The notes: generated by a model not told the origin, from the letters alone. Shown: positions 27,786 through 37,516, counted from the first letter of the stretch. The stretch is DNA of 64,000 bases from an uncultured Nitrospira sp. (GCA_964635345.1 CAZWOX010000011.1:13213-77212), one strand, 5' to 3'. Translations and numbers: made by a program.

Positions 27786-30098
27786 TTAGAACAACCCCAG
27801 CGTCACACCGCCATAGATGGCCCGGCCATAGCCGGCGAAGAACGCCTGTGAGTTCGCGGCTTGAGCATGCGTTTCACCGCCGATCACCTGCCCTGACGCG
27901 GCGTACTTCTTGTCGCCGATGTTGTCCACCTCCAGATAGAATTTGGCGAACCGGAACCACGAATTCTTCAGCTCGACGTTCTTGTGAATATTCACATTGC
28001 CGATCATGTAGGACGGAATGCCGAACGTATTATTGTTGTTCAAAAAATAACTATTGTAGTAGCTCCCTTCCACCCAACCGCCCCAGCCGCTGGCGGCATG
28101 CTCATACTCCACTTTGCTGTTCAGCACGTCTGTGGGCACGTTGGCCACTTTCTTCCCGTCACGCACAAGAAACCCGGCGGCCGTCCGGTCTGAAAAATTG
28201 ACGTAGCGCGCATCGGTGTGGGTATAGGCGCCGGAGAGGCGCAAACCCGATATCGGCCGCCAATCGTAGGCCGCTTCAATCCCGCGATACTCGGAGGAGG
28301 ACGCATTGACGGAGGTCGTGTTGCTCCCGCTGATCGTTTGCGTGATGATTTCATCCTTGAAGAACACCCAGAAACCGACGAGTTGGATCTTGAGATCCTT
28401 CGTGAGACTCGACTCCGTCCCGATTTCCGTATTGAGGTTCTTTTGCGGCTTCAACTCGAAGTTCGATCCGGGCAGTCCGGTCACCGGATCTCTCGTCAGC
28501 TGAGCGAACGTCGGCAAGCCATAGCCCGTGGATGCTCGAACCCAATGGCGATAGCCCTCGGCCGGCTTCCAGGTCAGCGACATTTCCGGCGCCAGATTGG
28601 TGAAGTCCCTGTGGGCATTGGGTCTTGAGGCGACTGCCCCGCCCGTATAGTTGATCGTTTCGATGCTCAGATGCGACTGTTCAAATCCCAGCCCGGCCGC
28701 CAGCGTCCACTTCGGGACAAATTCCAATTCTTCACGAAAGCGCGCTCCGATATTCCGGATATTCCCCCGGTTGTTTTGCAACAGCAATCCCCGCGTCCCC
28801 TGCCCATCGGCGAGATTTTCAAAGGTCGCCCCTTCTTGCTCCATACTATTGGCAAAGAACCCGATGTAACTCTTCAAGGGCATGTCACCGAGACGGCCGT
28901 CATGCCGCAAATCAGTGTAATGCTTGTAGTTCGGGTTGATGTTGTCGCTGATCTGATTGAAGGTCTGATTGATATCCTTCACATCGTAATCGGCTTCCAC
29001 GGTGAGCACGGTGTTGGCGTTGAGCTGACGCTCGTACATGCCGCCGACGATCGTCCGGCGGTCGACACGCTGTTGATGAAGCCGGTCCGCGGTCGCCGCG
29101 CCGGCGCCGCCGACCTGCCGGTCGTCGACGATAAACTGCGCTTGCGTGAGCCTAGTCGGCACGCGGGAATCCAACCAATTCGAGATCGCTTTGAAGTAGA
29201 AGTTTTGCTTGTCGTCGATTTTCAATCGGAGATTGATGTTCAAGGTCTGCGTCTTGTACCCGCTGTTCCTGATATACCCGTCCTCCTGGACGTTGCTGGC
29301 AAACATGGAAATATCGAGATGCTCGGTTTCCTGGCCGACGGCGAAGGCTTCTTTGTGATAGCCGTAGGAACCGCCGGACAAAAACGTTTCAAATCCGTTG
29401 ATGTCGCTGCCCCGCCTGGTGCGGAAGTGCACCATGCCGCCAAGCGCGTAGTTATCGTACAGCGACGACGAGGCGCCACGCAGAACTTCGACGCTGCGCA
29501 TGAACCAGGGGTCATGGATATCCAAGCGCGACAATCCGTCGGATTGGGTTTGGATAAATCCATCTTCATACATCTTGATGTCGCGGACGGCAAACGACGT
29601 TTTCACCCCGGACCCTCGAATGGCGATGCTGAAATCCCGGGGACCGTTCGCCTGGCGCATGATGATGCCCGGCAACGACTCCATGGACTCCTTCATCGTC
29701 CGTGTCGGCTGTGAATCCGTCTCCGCCTGGATCGTCGAGGAGAGCGAGACTCCCTCCGGCCGCTTTTGGAATCGCTTGCTCACGATGCTCGTGTCGGCCA
29801 ATTCATATTCCGGTATGGTTCCGGCTGCTTCAGCCACCTCGGTCTGTTCCGGCTTCACTTTTTCTGTCACCGTCTTCGGCCGTTCTGTCGGCGGGACGGC
29901 ATTCTCCCGTCCCTTCTGAAGCTCTTCCAATTCCTGAAGAATTCCCTTGAGCTGTCCGCGCAATTCCTGTTCGCGCGGCGACGCCGTGGCCTCTGCGGGA
30001 TTCGGCTCCTGCGCCTGTGCGAAGCACTGCCCCGCCGCCAGCATTCCGATGAGTGTCATGACGACTGCGATCTGACCCACACATTTGAACGACACCAT
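27786..30098 (-). CDS. TonB-dependent outer-membrane receptor
   Basis: Signal peptide; plug IAIRGSG..IKMYEDG..VEVLRGASSSLY..ALGGMV; DNIGDKKY; C-terminal F; start reset to ATG 30098. Confidence 0.93.
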   Translation of the reverse strand: MVSFKCVGQIAVVMTLIGMLAAGQCFAQAQEPNPAEATASPREQELRGQLKGILQELEELQKGRENAVPPTERPKTVTEKVKPEQTEVAEAAGTIPEYELADTSIVSKRFQKRPEGVSLSSTIQAETDSQPTRTMKESMESLPGIIMRQANGPRDFSIAIRGSGVKTSFAVRDIKMYEDGFIQTQSDGLSRLDIHDPWFMRSVEVLRGASSSLYDNYALGGMVHFRTRRGSDINGFETFLSGGSYGYHKEAFAVGQETEHLDISMFASNVQEDGYIRNSGYKTQTLNINLRLKIDDKQNFYFKAISNWLDSRVPTRLTQAQFIVDDRQVGGAGAATADRLHQQRVDRRTIVGGMYERQLNANTVLTVEADYDVKDINQTFNQISDNINPNYKHYTDLRHDGRLGDMPLKSYIGFFANSMEQEGATFENLADGQGTRGLLLQNNRGNIRNIGARFREELEFVPKWTLAAGLGFEQSHLSIETINYTGGAVASRPNAHRDFTNLAPEMSLTWKPAEGYRHWVRASTGYGLPTFAQLTRDPVTGLPGSNFELKPQKNLNTEIGTESSLTKDLKIQLVGFWVFFKDEIITQTISGSNTTSVNASSSEYRGIEAAYDWRPISGLRLSGAYTHTDARYVNFSDRTAAGFLVRDGKKVANVPTDVLNSKVEYEHAASGWGGWVEGSYYNSYFLNNNNTFGIPSYMIGNVNIHKNVELKNSWFRFAKFYLEVDNIGDKKYAASGQVIGGETHAQAANSQAFFAGYGRAIYGGVTLGLF

Positions 30099-30235
30099 GG
30101 CCCATGCTCCTCTCCCGACAATGAATGAATAAATGAATGATGATGAAACACAGTCCTCCGGCACGGATGAAGACCGCACAGAGGCGGCACAGTCCACACC
30201 AGAGAACGACGATTGAACGAGGTTGTGATGAGTGC

Positions 30236-30550
30236 TTAGAAACGAGGCGGCGCGCGGGACTGCGCAAGTGCCGTGAGACACAGAGAAGGCCGGATGGACC
30301 GGACTAACAGGAACAACGCCGCCAGAGCCAGCGGCTGCGAATCCGGCGCTGCGGATGGACTGTCAACCGGTTGATTGGCCTGGCAGGCCCAGGCACAAAG
30401 CAGTGAATGGGTGGCCCCGCTGCTATTGCTATGGTGATGGGTTGAACGCGGCTGCGCCTGATGCGTGAACAGACAGGCAGCAGCACTGACCGACAATGTC
30501 AGATAGACGACGACGGTGGCGAGCGCCAGCGGGAGCGTCCACTTCTTCAT
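30236..30550 (-). CDS. Leader peptide L4 (His-rich, CAWAC, RAPP)
   Basis: Signal/TM segment, THHHSNSSGATHSLLCAWAC, 42-aa spacer, RAPP; start overlaps the tlpA stop (ATGA). Confidence 0.82.
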   Translation of the reverse strand: MKKWTLPLALATVVVYLTLSVSAAACLFTHQAQPRSTHHHSNSSGATHSLLCAWACQANQPVDSPSAAPDSQPLALAALFLLVRSIRPSLCLTALAQSRAPPRF

Positions 30551-31095
30551 TTCGCCTGTTCCATCGCCTGCCGAATCATCGCCACCGCCTCAGGACTGTC
30601 CCACGCGCGCGACCCGACCGCCCGCCCTGACAATGTCCCGTCGCGGCCGATCACGATTGTGGTCGGCAATCCACGCACCATAAAAGATCGCGAGACTTCC
30701 TGGTCTTCATCGAACAGCACCGGCAAAGAGACTCCCACCTGCGAAAGAAACTGGGCGATGCCTTGACGCTGCAGGTCCGTCGTCACGGTCAACAGGACAA
30801 ATTGCGTGGGATCAAACTGCTTCTGCAACCTCGCGAGCGATGGCATTTCCTCTTTACAGGGGCCGCACCAGGTGGCCCAAAAGTTCACGAGCACGACTTT
30901 GCCCGCCAGGTCGCTCGACTTCACCACCTTGCCGTCCAGCCCGGTGAGTTCAAAGGGCGCTGCCTGACTTCCAACTGGAAGCCGGCTCATTTTGAGCGAG
31001 GCAAAGGGATCGCTCGCGAGGCCCGGAACCGTCATAACGACGCTCAGCGCTGAGAGCAGCGTCACAATTCCAAGTCGGCTCAGTAGTCGATGCAC
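30547..31095 (-). CDS. TlpA/ResA-like thiol-disulfide reductase
   Basis: APFELTGLDG, VLVNFWATWCGPCKEEMP, GLPTT. Confidence 0.92.
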   Translation of the reverse strand: MHRLLSRLGIVTLLSALSVVMTVPGLASDPFASLKMSRLPVGSQAAPFELTGLDGKVVKSSDLAGKVVLVNFWATWCGPCKEEMPSLARLQKQFDPTQFVLLTVTTDLQRQGIAQFLSQVGVSLPVLFDEDQEVSRSFMVRGLPTTIVIGRDGTLSGRAVGSRAWDSPEAVAMIRQAMEQAK

Positions 31096-31096
31096 G

Positions 31097-32377
31097 TTAT
31101 GGCTCCTGCCTCGCGACGACTTTCACGGCCGAAAGTTGAAGGGTTTGCACAACCATCCGATGGTTCGGCATGGCATGCTCCAGCCACGCCAGCACGGCCA
31201 ACCCGTTCGCATTGATCGAGAGGGACGGCGTCTGGCCTTTCTTGTCATTCACTTTTTGCGGCGCGCTGAATGTCTGTCCGCGGTCGAGCGAGACGCTCAT
31301 GACAACTTCCCGACGGACCGGCGATTGTTCTTCCCAGGCGACGACAAGTCGCCCTTCTGGATCGACCGCCATCTGCGGATGGTCGGGAAAGGTGCCCTTC
31401 GAGACATTCATCTTGCGCTTGGGCGAAAAGGTCGCGCCCTTGTCGTCCGAATAGGCGAGGTAAATCGAGGGTGTTTCGTCAGAGCCTTCCGTGTACCAGA
31501 TAACATAGAGTCGTCCTTGATGATCCGTTCCCACCGAAGCCGGCCGATGCGGACAGCCGGGGAAAACCCATCGATCGTGGCCGACGATGACCGGAGCCGT
31601 AAACGTCCGGCCTCCGTCGGTCGAACGCGCCACGACCGTCTCGCGGAGATCGCCCGGCAGAATCTTTCGCCAGGCGACGTACAGCGTACCGTCAGGACCG
31701 GTTGTCAGTGAGGTCCGGCAACAGACGCAGGTATTCTCATCCACTTTGAGATTCTTCTCGACCGTACGGCCGTGATCGGTCGAGCGCGTCACAAAGGTGC
31801 CGGATTCTTTCTGGCCCGCTCGCCCATCGATCCAGGCCACATGCACGACGCCGTCAGGAGCGACGTGGATCGAATCGAAACTGTGGCCGATGACTTGCTC
31901 ATCGTCGTTCACCAGAATGGACGGCAGAAATGTCTTGCCTCCGTCCGCGGACCGGCTCAGCCTCAGTTCGTTCGAGAACGGCTTGTCCGTTGTCACTTTC
32001 GGATGGGTCAAGGCCCAAGTCAGGAACACCTCGTCTCCGACCACGGCCAACGCCGGCGCTTCCTGACGGCTATAGGGCACCTCACCCGGGCCGTTCACGC
32101 GCACAAGTTCGCCGATGGAAGCCCCGGCCTTCTCGATGCGTGAGTACAGCACCGTACGGGTCTCCTTCTCTTCCTCGACCCAGGCAAGAGAGATCTGGCC
32201 CTGGTCATCGATCCGAACGGAGGGCCCCACCACGTTCCGCACTTTGCGGTCCGCCGTTACTTTCGGGCCGAGCACGAAGGTCGACGCAGGTTCGGCCAGT
32301 ACGATCGATGCGCAGAGCAATAGACTGCCGACGACTCCGATACATTCAACAATGTGACTCTTCATCAATCGCGTCAT
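31097..32377 (-). CDS. Periplasmic BNR/Asp-box beta-propeller (sialidase-like fold) with CxCC and CPH motifs
   Basis: Asp boxes SADGGKTF, STDHGRT, STDGGRTF, SDDKGATF, SLDRGQTF; TCVCCRT; FPGCPHRP. Confidence 0.85.
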   Translation of the reverse strand: MTRLMKSHIVECIGVVGSLLLCASIVLAEPASTFVLGPKVTADRKVRNVVGPSVRIDDQGQISLAWVEEEKETRTVLYSRIEKAGASIGELVRVNGPGEVPYSRQEAPALAVVGDEVFLTWALTHPKVTTDKPFSNELRLSRSADGGKTFLPSILVNDDEQVIGHSFDSIHVAPDGVVHVAWIDGRAGQKESGTFVTRSTDHGRTVEKNLKVDENTCVCCRTSLTTGPDGTLYVAWRKILPGDLRETVVARSTDGGRTFTAPVIVGHDRWVFPGCPHRPASVGTDHQGRLYVIWYTEGSDETPSIYLAYSDDKGATFSPKRKMNVSKGTFPDHPQMAVDPEGRLVVAWEEQSPVRREVVMSVSLDRGQTFSAPQKVNDKKGQTPSLSINANGLAVLAWLEHAMPNHRMVVQTLQLSAVKVVARQEP

Positions 32378-32396
32378 AGATACCCCACGATTGCGG

Positions 32397-33500
32397 CTAC
32401 CCGGCGAGGCTATAGACGATCGGGACATACACCGCCACCTCCGCCGCGCTCAACGCCTGTTTCATATGGATGGGACAAGCCAGCCGCACCGTTTCCATCG
32501 CCGCGCGATCGAGTACCTCATGGCCGGAACTGCGATGCACCACCACATCAACCAAGTGGCCATCGGCACGGAGGATGACGCGCAAGACGACCTTCCCCTC
32601 CGAGCCGTTCAACCGAGCCGAACTGGGATAGCGCGTCAGCTCTCTAATACGCCGGCCGAGCGACTCCGCCAGCCAGGCATTGTCTGCCTTGCTTGCCGGA
32701 CGGACCGGCGAAGCCGTGGCAACCAATGGCGCCGATGGCTGAGGAGCGGCCTGGACTGGAGCCGCTGCCACGGTGGTCGATTCAGCCGCGACCGGCTCGG
32801 CCACCGTTTTCCCAGTCCCCGGCCCTTCTCCGACCGGCACAAGCGGCCGCCACTCAGGCGCCATCTCTTCAGGGGACGGGCTCTCATGATGAATGACAGG
32901 AGCAGACTCCGCGTGATGCGAGTGGGTCGGCGCGGGAGGCTCATACGCCTGGGCTGTTGCCGCCGACTCGACCAGCGGCGAGACTTCCTTGGCCACAGGC
33001 GCCGGATGCGGCTCATGGATCACCGGCTGCGGCTGCACCGTTTCCTGATGCGTGATCTTTTCCTCTCTAACTTCTTCCTTCTTGATCTCTTGCGGCTCAA
33101 CCGGCGGGCCCTTTGCCTGAACAACATCCGGTTGAAGCTCCGGCTTAGGCGGAACAATAGCGGGATGGATGACTTCCGGACTGTATTGCGGAGCCACACG
33201 GGTCATAACCATATCAGACGTCGACTCTACAGGCTGGATGGGCTGAGCCGTCTGAACGGTTCGAACCGGGGCCGGTTTCGAGGGCTGAACAGCCGGCGTG
33301 GGCTGCGGCGTTTTGGTATGAGGAGAGTCCAGCGAAGGTTGGACAAGCGCAACGTCCCACTGGAAGATTTCCTCCTTGAGAATCGGCTGTACTTGCACCG
33401 TGATCATGAATGCCAACCCGACGAGTAAGGCATGCAAGCCAAGCGAGATACCCCAGGCAGAGTACGGGACTCGTTCACTCTCAGCAGTAGTGGTCATCAT
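32397..33500 (-). CDS. tonB: Energy transducer TonB with His-rich linker
   Basis: SLGLH TM, Pro/Glu-rich spacer with THSHH..IHH, YPSSARLNGSEGKV..SSGHEVLDRAA. Confidence 0.88.
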   Translation of the reverse strand: MMTTTAESERVPYSAWGISLGLHALLVGLAFMITVQVQPILKEEIFQWDVALVQPSLDSPHTKTPQPTPAVQPSKPAPVRTVQTAQPIQPVESTSDMVMTRVAPQYSPEVIHPAIVPPKPELQPDVVQAKGPPVEPQEIKKEEVREEKITHQETVQPQPVIHEPHPAPVAKEVSPLVESAATAQAYEPPAPTHSHHAESAPVIHHESPSPEEMAPEWRPLVPVGEGPGTGKTVAEPVAAESTTVAAAPVQAAPQPSAPLVATASPVRPASKADNAWLAESLGRRIRELTRYPSSARLNGSEGKVVLRVILRADGHLVDVVVHRSSGHEVLDRAAMETVRLACPIHMKQALSAAEVAVYVPIVYSLAG

Positions 33501-33618
33501 AGAAAACTCGCGCAATACAGGCGATTACACAAAACTCCCCCACACAGGCGACACACCTGCATGGACCTCATATAGCGTCTCTGTTGTAGGGGAAGAATGG
33601 GAAGATCGTCTACTGACG

Positions 33619-33653
33619 GATACCGACGGATGCTACAAGCATCCGTCGGTATC
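33619..33653. promoter_or_regulatory. Perfect 16-bp inverted repeat (hairpin or operator)
   Basis: GATACCGACGGATGCT-aca-AGCATCCGTCGGTATC between the HTH gene and tonB. Confidence 0.6.
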
Positions 33654-33676
33654 GGACATCGCGCATACCGGCAGGC

Positions 33677-33916
33677 TTAATGAACAGCGGAGCCCGCCGG
33701 AGACAGCTCTCCGCTATGAACGAACAAGCCGGAAGACACGTCATCTGTCCGGTTCTGTTCGACGAGCTGCTCAATCGAACGAGTAAACACTCGCAGACTG
33801 CCGCGACCGATCTTGGTGCCTTCCAACCGGCCTTGCTCCACCCAGCGGTAGATCGTCCATCGGCTGACGGCAAGCGCTTGCGCCGCCTCTTCGACACGTA
33901 ACAGTGATTTATTCAT
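33677..33916 (-). CDS. Excisionase/HTH_17 (BldC-like) DNA-binding protein, copy 1
   Basis: LLRVEEAAQALAVSRWTIYRWVEQGRLEGTKIGRGSLRVF. Confidence 0.85.
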   Translation of the reverse strand: MNKSLLRVEEAAQALAVSRWTIYRWVEQGRLEGTKIGRGSLRVFTRSIEQLVEQNRTDDVSSGLFVHSGELSPAGSAVH

Positions 33917-34001
33917 GTTCCGCTCACTTTCGGTTGCGGGAAGGAGGCAGGATATTCCGCCTCCTTCCACATCCATGGTGATAGAGACGTTGTTCGGCCT
34001 A

Positions 34002-35615
34002 TTACTCCGGCATCCCGTGATCATCCAGCCTTTCCGCCAGTACTGATGGCGCAGCCGCCGACCCGCCGGTCAATGAAGACGTCGCCTGATTGCCGGCCGC
34101 CGCCGTACCTGGCGCATACACCATCACACCACCGAGCGTCGATCCAATGGCTCCGATATCCGGAACCGTCTGCTTGATCGTATTGTTCGTAGCATTAATG
34201 ACAGAAAGGGAATTGTGGGTGCCATTCGAAACCACGACGTATGTCGCAACACCGGCACCTTGAGCCAAAACGTCAAAGCTATGCGCACCGGAAGGAGCTA
34301 GCTGAATCTCACTCAAGAGTGTGAGCGCCGGAAGGGCGGAAGAGTTGTAGGCAAAGAGCCAATCCTTCTTAGTTGCCGTTGCCGCATTGCCCGCCAGAAT
34401 GTAGAAACGATTTCCATCCGGGGAGAACTTGAATGAGCCGGGGGACGTCCCGTTCAGCTCTGCAAGGGTGAAGTCGGTGCGAACCGCAGGGGTCACGCCC
34501 AAATCAAGCACGCCCAGCTTGGTCCCGGACGCAGGGGTTGTATCGCCACGCAATAAGAGAAACCGTCCATCCGGACTGATCCCGTAGGCCGTATACGGCA
34601 ATCCCGTCAAATCCAGGATAGGAGTCACTGTGAATGTGGTCGGATCGATTTCGACGATCTGCCCATATTTCTCCTGGATGCTGTAGATTTTCCCTGTTAA
34701 TTTGGAGAATCGAATGCCGTGGGGATTGGCATTATTCGGCGTAAACGGCACCGTGAGCGCTGTAGTCGATTCGTCATCGCACACAGCGGGCGTCGTCTGG
34801 GTCGCCTCCTTTGCCGTGTTGCAGAGATCGATCCGGCCGATGAGCTGCTGATAGGTCGCCACATTGGCCGGATCGTTGTCGATCACCGCAATCTCTCCGG
34901 CGGTCGCGCTGGAGACAAATGCTCGCTTGGGAATGCCTGTTCCCGATGAGAACGCGGCAACTTTGTGCCCATCGGCCAGCACACAAACCGTGGCCTCGAC
35001 CGTGGGTGGATGGCCGCCAGGGCCCAGATGCGAGTTGTGCAGAATCGTGACCGAGCCGCCGACCACAGGCCCGCCGACCCGCGCTGGATTGTTGCAATTA
35101 ATCAGGTCATCTCCCGGCGTCGCCGTGCCGGACGTATTGTCCCCGTCGTTCATCGACCAGATCACTTCCCCGTCCGTCGGATCGCGATAGATATGAACGG
35201 GACGAGTCCCGGTCGAAAGGTTCGTCTCGTGAACGGGCTGTGCGTTGGTCAACGGATCAATCGTCGCCACTTTGTTGGCCGCACCCAGATTCAAGAATAT
35301 CCACTCGCCTTCAGAAAATTGCATGTCGCCCAATGCTACATTTTCAAATTCTGCGGCATCGATCGTGCCCAGCACGGCATTCCCTGAATCGCCCTTGAGG
35401 GCCACGCTGGTGAGCGATTTGCTCGTCGTATTATTCACAAACACGATCGGCCCCTGTAGCGCTGCGCTGCCGCCTGAGGACACCACCGGAGAGCTCGAAT
35501 CGCCCGAACTGCAACCGGCGAGGCCGATTAACGCCAGACCGAGCAAACTGGTCTTGGCATACGTCGAATATCTTTTTCTCGCACTAATGAATCTCATGAT
35601 GTGCACCTTCCCCAT
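34002..35615 (-). CDS. YncE/AztD-like beta-propeller lipoprotein
   Basis: Lipobox LAGC; blades RPVHIY, GHKVAAF, PHGIRFS, ISPDGRFL, FSPDGNRFY, AHSFDV, VSNGTHNSLSVIN. Confidence 0.8.
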   Translation of the reverse strand: MGKVHIMRFISARKRYSTYAKTSLLGLALIGLAGCSSGDSSSPVVSSGGSAALQGPIVFVNNTTSKSLTSVALKGDSGNAVLGTIDAAEFENVALGDMQFSEGEWIFLNLGAANKVATIDPLTNAQPVHETNLSTGTRPVHIYRDPTDGEVIWSMNDGDNTSGTATPGDDLINCNNPARVGGPVVGGSVTILHNSHLGPGGHPPTVEATVCVLADGHKVAAFSSGTGIPKRAFVSSATAGEIAVIDNDPANVATYQQLIGRIDLCNTAKEATQTTPAVCDDESTTALTVPFTPNNANPHGIRFSKLTGKIYSIQEKYGQIVEIDPTTFTVTPILDLTGLPYTAYGISPDGRFLLLRGDTTPASGTKLGVLDLGVTPAVRTDFTLAELNGTSPGSFKFSPDGNRFYILAGNAATATKKDWLFAYNSSALPALTLLSEIQLAPSGAHSFDVLAQGAGVATYVVVSNGTHNSLSVINATNNTIKQTVPDIGAIGSTLGGVMVYAPGTAAAGNQATSSLTGGSAAAPSVLAERLDDHGMPE

Positions 35616-35637
35616 TTCCTGACGTGATAAATTTTTG

Positions 35638-36024
35638 TCACCCGCAATAATTTGGATCCCGTTCGCTCGCGCTTCCTACCGGCGGCCCGCGCGGGATAAG
35701 CCCCGATCGATGGGCCAGCGTCTGAAGGGACCGGCCTCCTGCGTTTGCAAGAAAGAAGGATGGATCGGCCTGAGAGCCGGGAGTTCTGCCGCTGGAGGCC
35801 TGAGCATCGACGCCGTCGCAATGCCAGACACAATGGCTTTGGCTATGCTGGGTATGCTGAGACGCTCCTTGGGGACAGTGCGGTGTCGTCCATTGCGGCG
35901 TCAGACTGCCGTAGGCCGCCGACACGGATCCCGCCACCCAAAGCAGCGCGCAAAGCCCTGCCAGCGTACGAGCCACTGCGCCCGGCATCACGACCCTTCG
36001 ATGTGCTGTCGCTCGTATACGCAT
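35638..36024 (-). CDS. Leader peptide L3 (His-rich, CVWHC, RGPP)
   Basis: Hydrophobic segment, HCPQGASQHTQHSQSHCVWHC, 42-aa spacer, RGPP. Confidence 0.75.
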   Translation of the reverse strand: MRIRATAHRRVVMPGAVARTLAGLCALLWVAGSVSAAYGSLTPQWTTPHCPQGASQHTQHSQSHCVWHCDGVDAQASSGRTPGSQADPSFFLANAGGRSLQTLAHRSGLIPRGPPVGSASERDPNYCG

Positions 36025-36036
36025 TGCCTGCGTCGC

Positions 36037-37107
36037 CTATGACCCGCTCAACAGTTGAAATGATTTCGTGAGTCCGAACACATAACTGACCTGCTGCTCT
36101 AAGTTGCCGTTGAAATCCCGCATGACCGGAATCTGCGCGACGAAATACATCGACGCATAGTTCCAGAGATTCAGCATGATGCCGGGCGAATAAGCCATGT
36201 AGGTTGAGCCGGTGGTGGGCACGGCACGAAACTTCACGGTCGGATCGAGCAGAATCGGGTTGCCGCCAGGATTGAATTGAAACAACGAAGCATCCATCGC
36301 ATCATTCTGCATCCAGCGGTAGTTGACTTGTTGAGTCAGCACGAGCCAGGGCGCCTGCTCCACCGGAATGATGTTGAACCCGGCGCTGAGATTGACCTCG
36401 TCGCCGAATTTGTAGCCGTCGCTGTTCTTGAGCGTGTGCCGGTAACTGGCCAGGGCAAATTGATTCAGCCGATGCGGGATCAACTCGTAACTCTGATAAA
36501 TCGACGGCACAAAACCGAAATTGCCGCGGCCGATCTGCAAGGTGGACTCGGCCAGGGACGCGCCCTGCACCCGCTGTCCATAATCGCCGGTCGGCAAATC
36601 GACGCCCATGCCCACCACAATCATACTGCGAAGTGTCGGCAGCACGTTGTACTTGAGGCTCACCCGAATATCGCCGATGCCTTTGTCGCTGTAGGGCACC
36701 GGTGTAAGCCCCCCGATCTGCGCATCGGAATTCACTTGTTTGTACGGCACGGTAACTTGCAGGCCGAATCGCTCGGTCAATCCGTAATTCATGTCCAGGG
36801 TGGCGGTGCGCATGAGGGTGCGGATCTGGTTCGCGTTCAAGTTGGCCAGCGTCAACGTCTTGTTGCCCTGATTGGAAAACGGGATGCTGCCGCCCTGCCC
36901 CGACGGCGCTTCCATCGGCGTGTAATTGTAGATCGTGTTGACGGTCAGCAGGCCGGCCATCGGCACCTGCTGCTGCGATCCGATCACGACGAAACAACTC
37001 ACGGAACCGCAGGAGGCCTGAGCCGAGCCCGGGCGGAGAGCCACCATGCTCAGCAAGAGGAGGCCGAGGGAAAGAAGAACGAGCCGCCTGGATCGGGAAA
37101 AGGACAT
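36037..37107 (-). CDS. Outer-membrane beta-barrel transporter (MetA-pathway/phenol-degradation-like), paralog B
   Basis: Signal peptide then SCGSVSCF; DMNYGLTERFGLQVTVPY; GIGDI; GVDLPTG; aromatic C-terminal strand. Confidence 0.8.
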   Translation of the reverse strand: MSFSRSRRLVLLSLGLLLLSMVALRPGSAQASCGSVSCFVVIGSQQQVPMAGLLTVNTIYNYTPMEAPSGQGGSIPFSNQGNKTLTLANLNANQIRTLMRTATLDMNYGLTERFGLQVTVPYKQVNSDAQIGGLTPVPYSDKGIGDIRVSLKYNVLPTLRSMIVVGMGVDLPTGDYGQRVQGASLAESTLQIGRGNFGFVPSIYQSYELIPHRLNQFALASYRHTLKNSDGYKFGDEVNLSAGFNIIPVEQAPWLVLTQQVNYRWMQNDAMDASLFQFNPGGNPILLDPTVKFRAVPTTGSTYMAYSPGIMLNLWNYASMYFVAQIPVMRDFNGNLEQQVSYVFGLTKSFQLLSGS

Positions 37108-37201
37108 GATCAGTCTCGCAATGGTTGAGGTGATGGCACCGGAGGGGCCGTGGGTTTTCCACCGCCTCTCTACGCAATACGATTGTCGTGAGTCGAAGAA
37201 A

Positions 37202-37507
37202 TCAGCTGAGGAGCGCGGGAGGTCCGCGGAGGAAGCGGGAGACAGGTTGAGCAGAAGCCATGCAGTCGATCTGCCAAGCATCAACCAGCTCGACGAACTG
37301 CGGAGATGAGCTGAAGACCACCGCCGCCGTGTCGAGGCTCTGACCGGCGGCGCATTCCCAGGCGCAGAGCCCGGTGGAATGCGTGTCGGCCTGATGCTTC
37401 GCATGGTGATCGGCGTGGGCGACCGCCGGCACTGCCAGGAGCCCATTCACGAGCACGAGGCACAGCAGCAGGGACCACACTAGCCCGGATCGTTTCAACG
37501 CAATCAT
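37202..37507 (-). CDS. Leader peptide L2 (His-rich, CAWEC, RGPP)
   Basis: Signal/TM segment, HADHHAKHQADTHSTGLCAWEC, 41-aa spacer, RGPP. Confidence 0.82.
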   Translation of the reverse strand: MIALKRSGLVWSLLLCLVLVNGLLAVPAVAHADHHAKHQADTHSTGLCAWECAAGQSLDTAAVVFSSSPQFVELVDAWQIDCMASAQPVSRFLRGPPALLS

Positions 37508-37516
37508 AGAAGTCTT

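Noticed and set aside
31097-32377. True sialidase
   Set aside because: Only Asp-box repeats support it, and there are no sialic-acid genes in context; Cys/His motifs and neighbours point to metal handling.
26330-33916. Excisionase genes as the ends of an integrative element
   Set aside because: No integrase, att-like repeats or tRNA seen; both are embedded co-directionally in the gene array.
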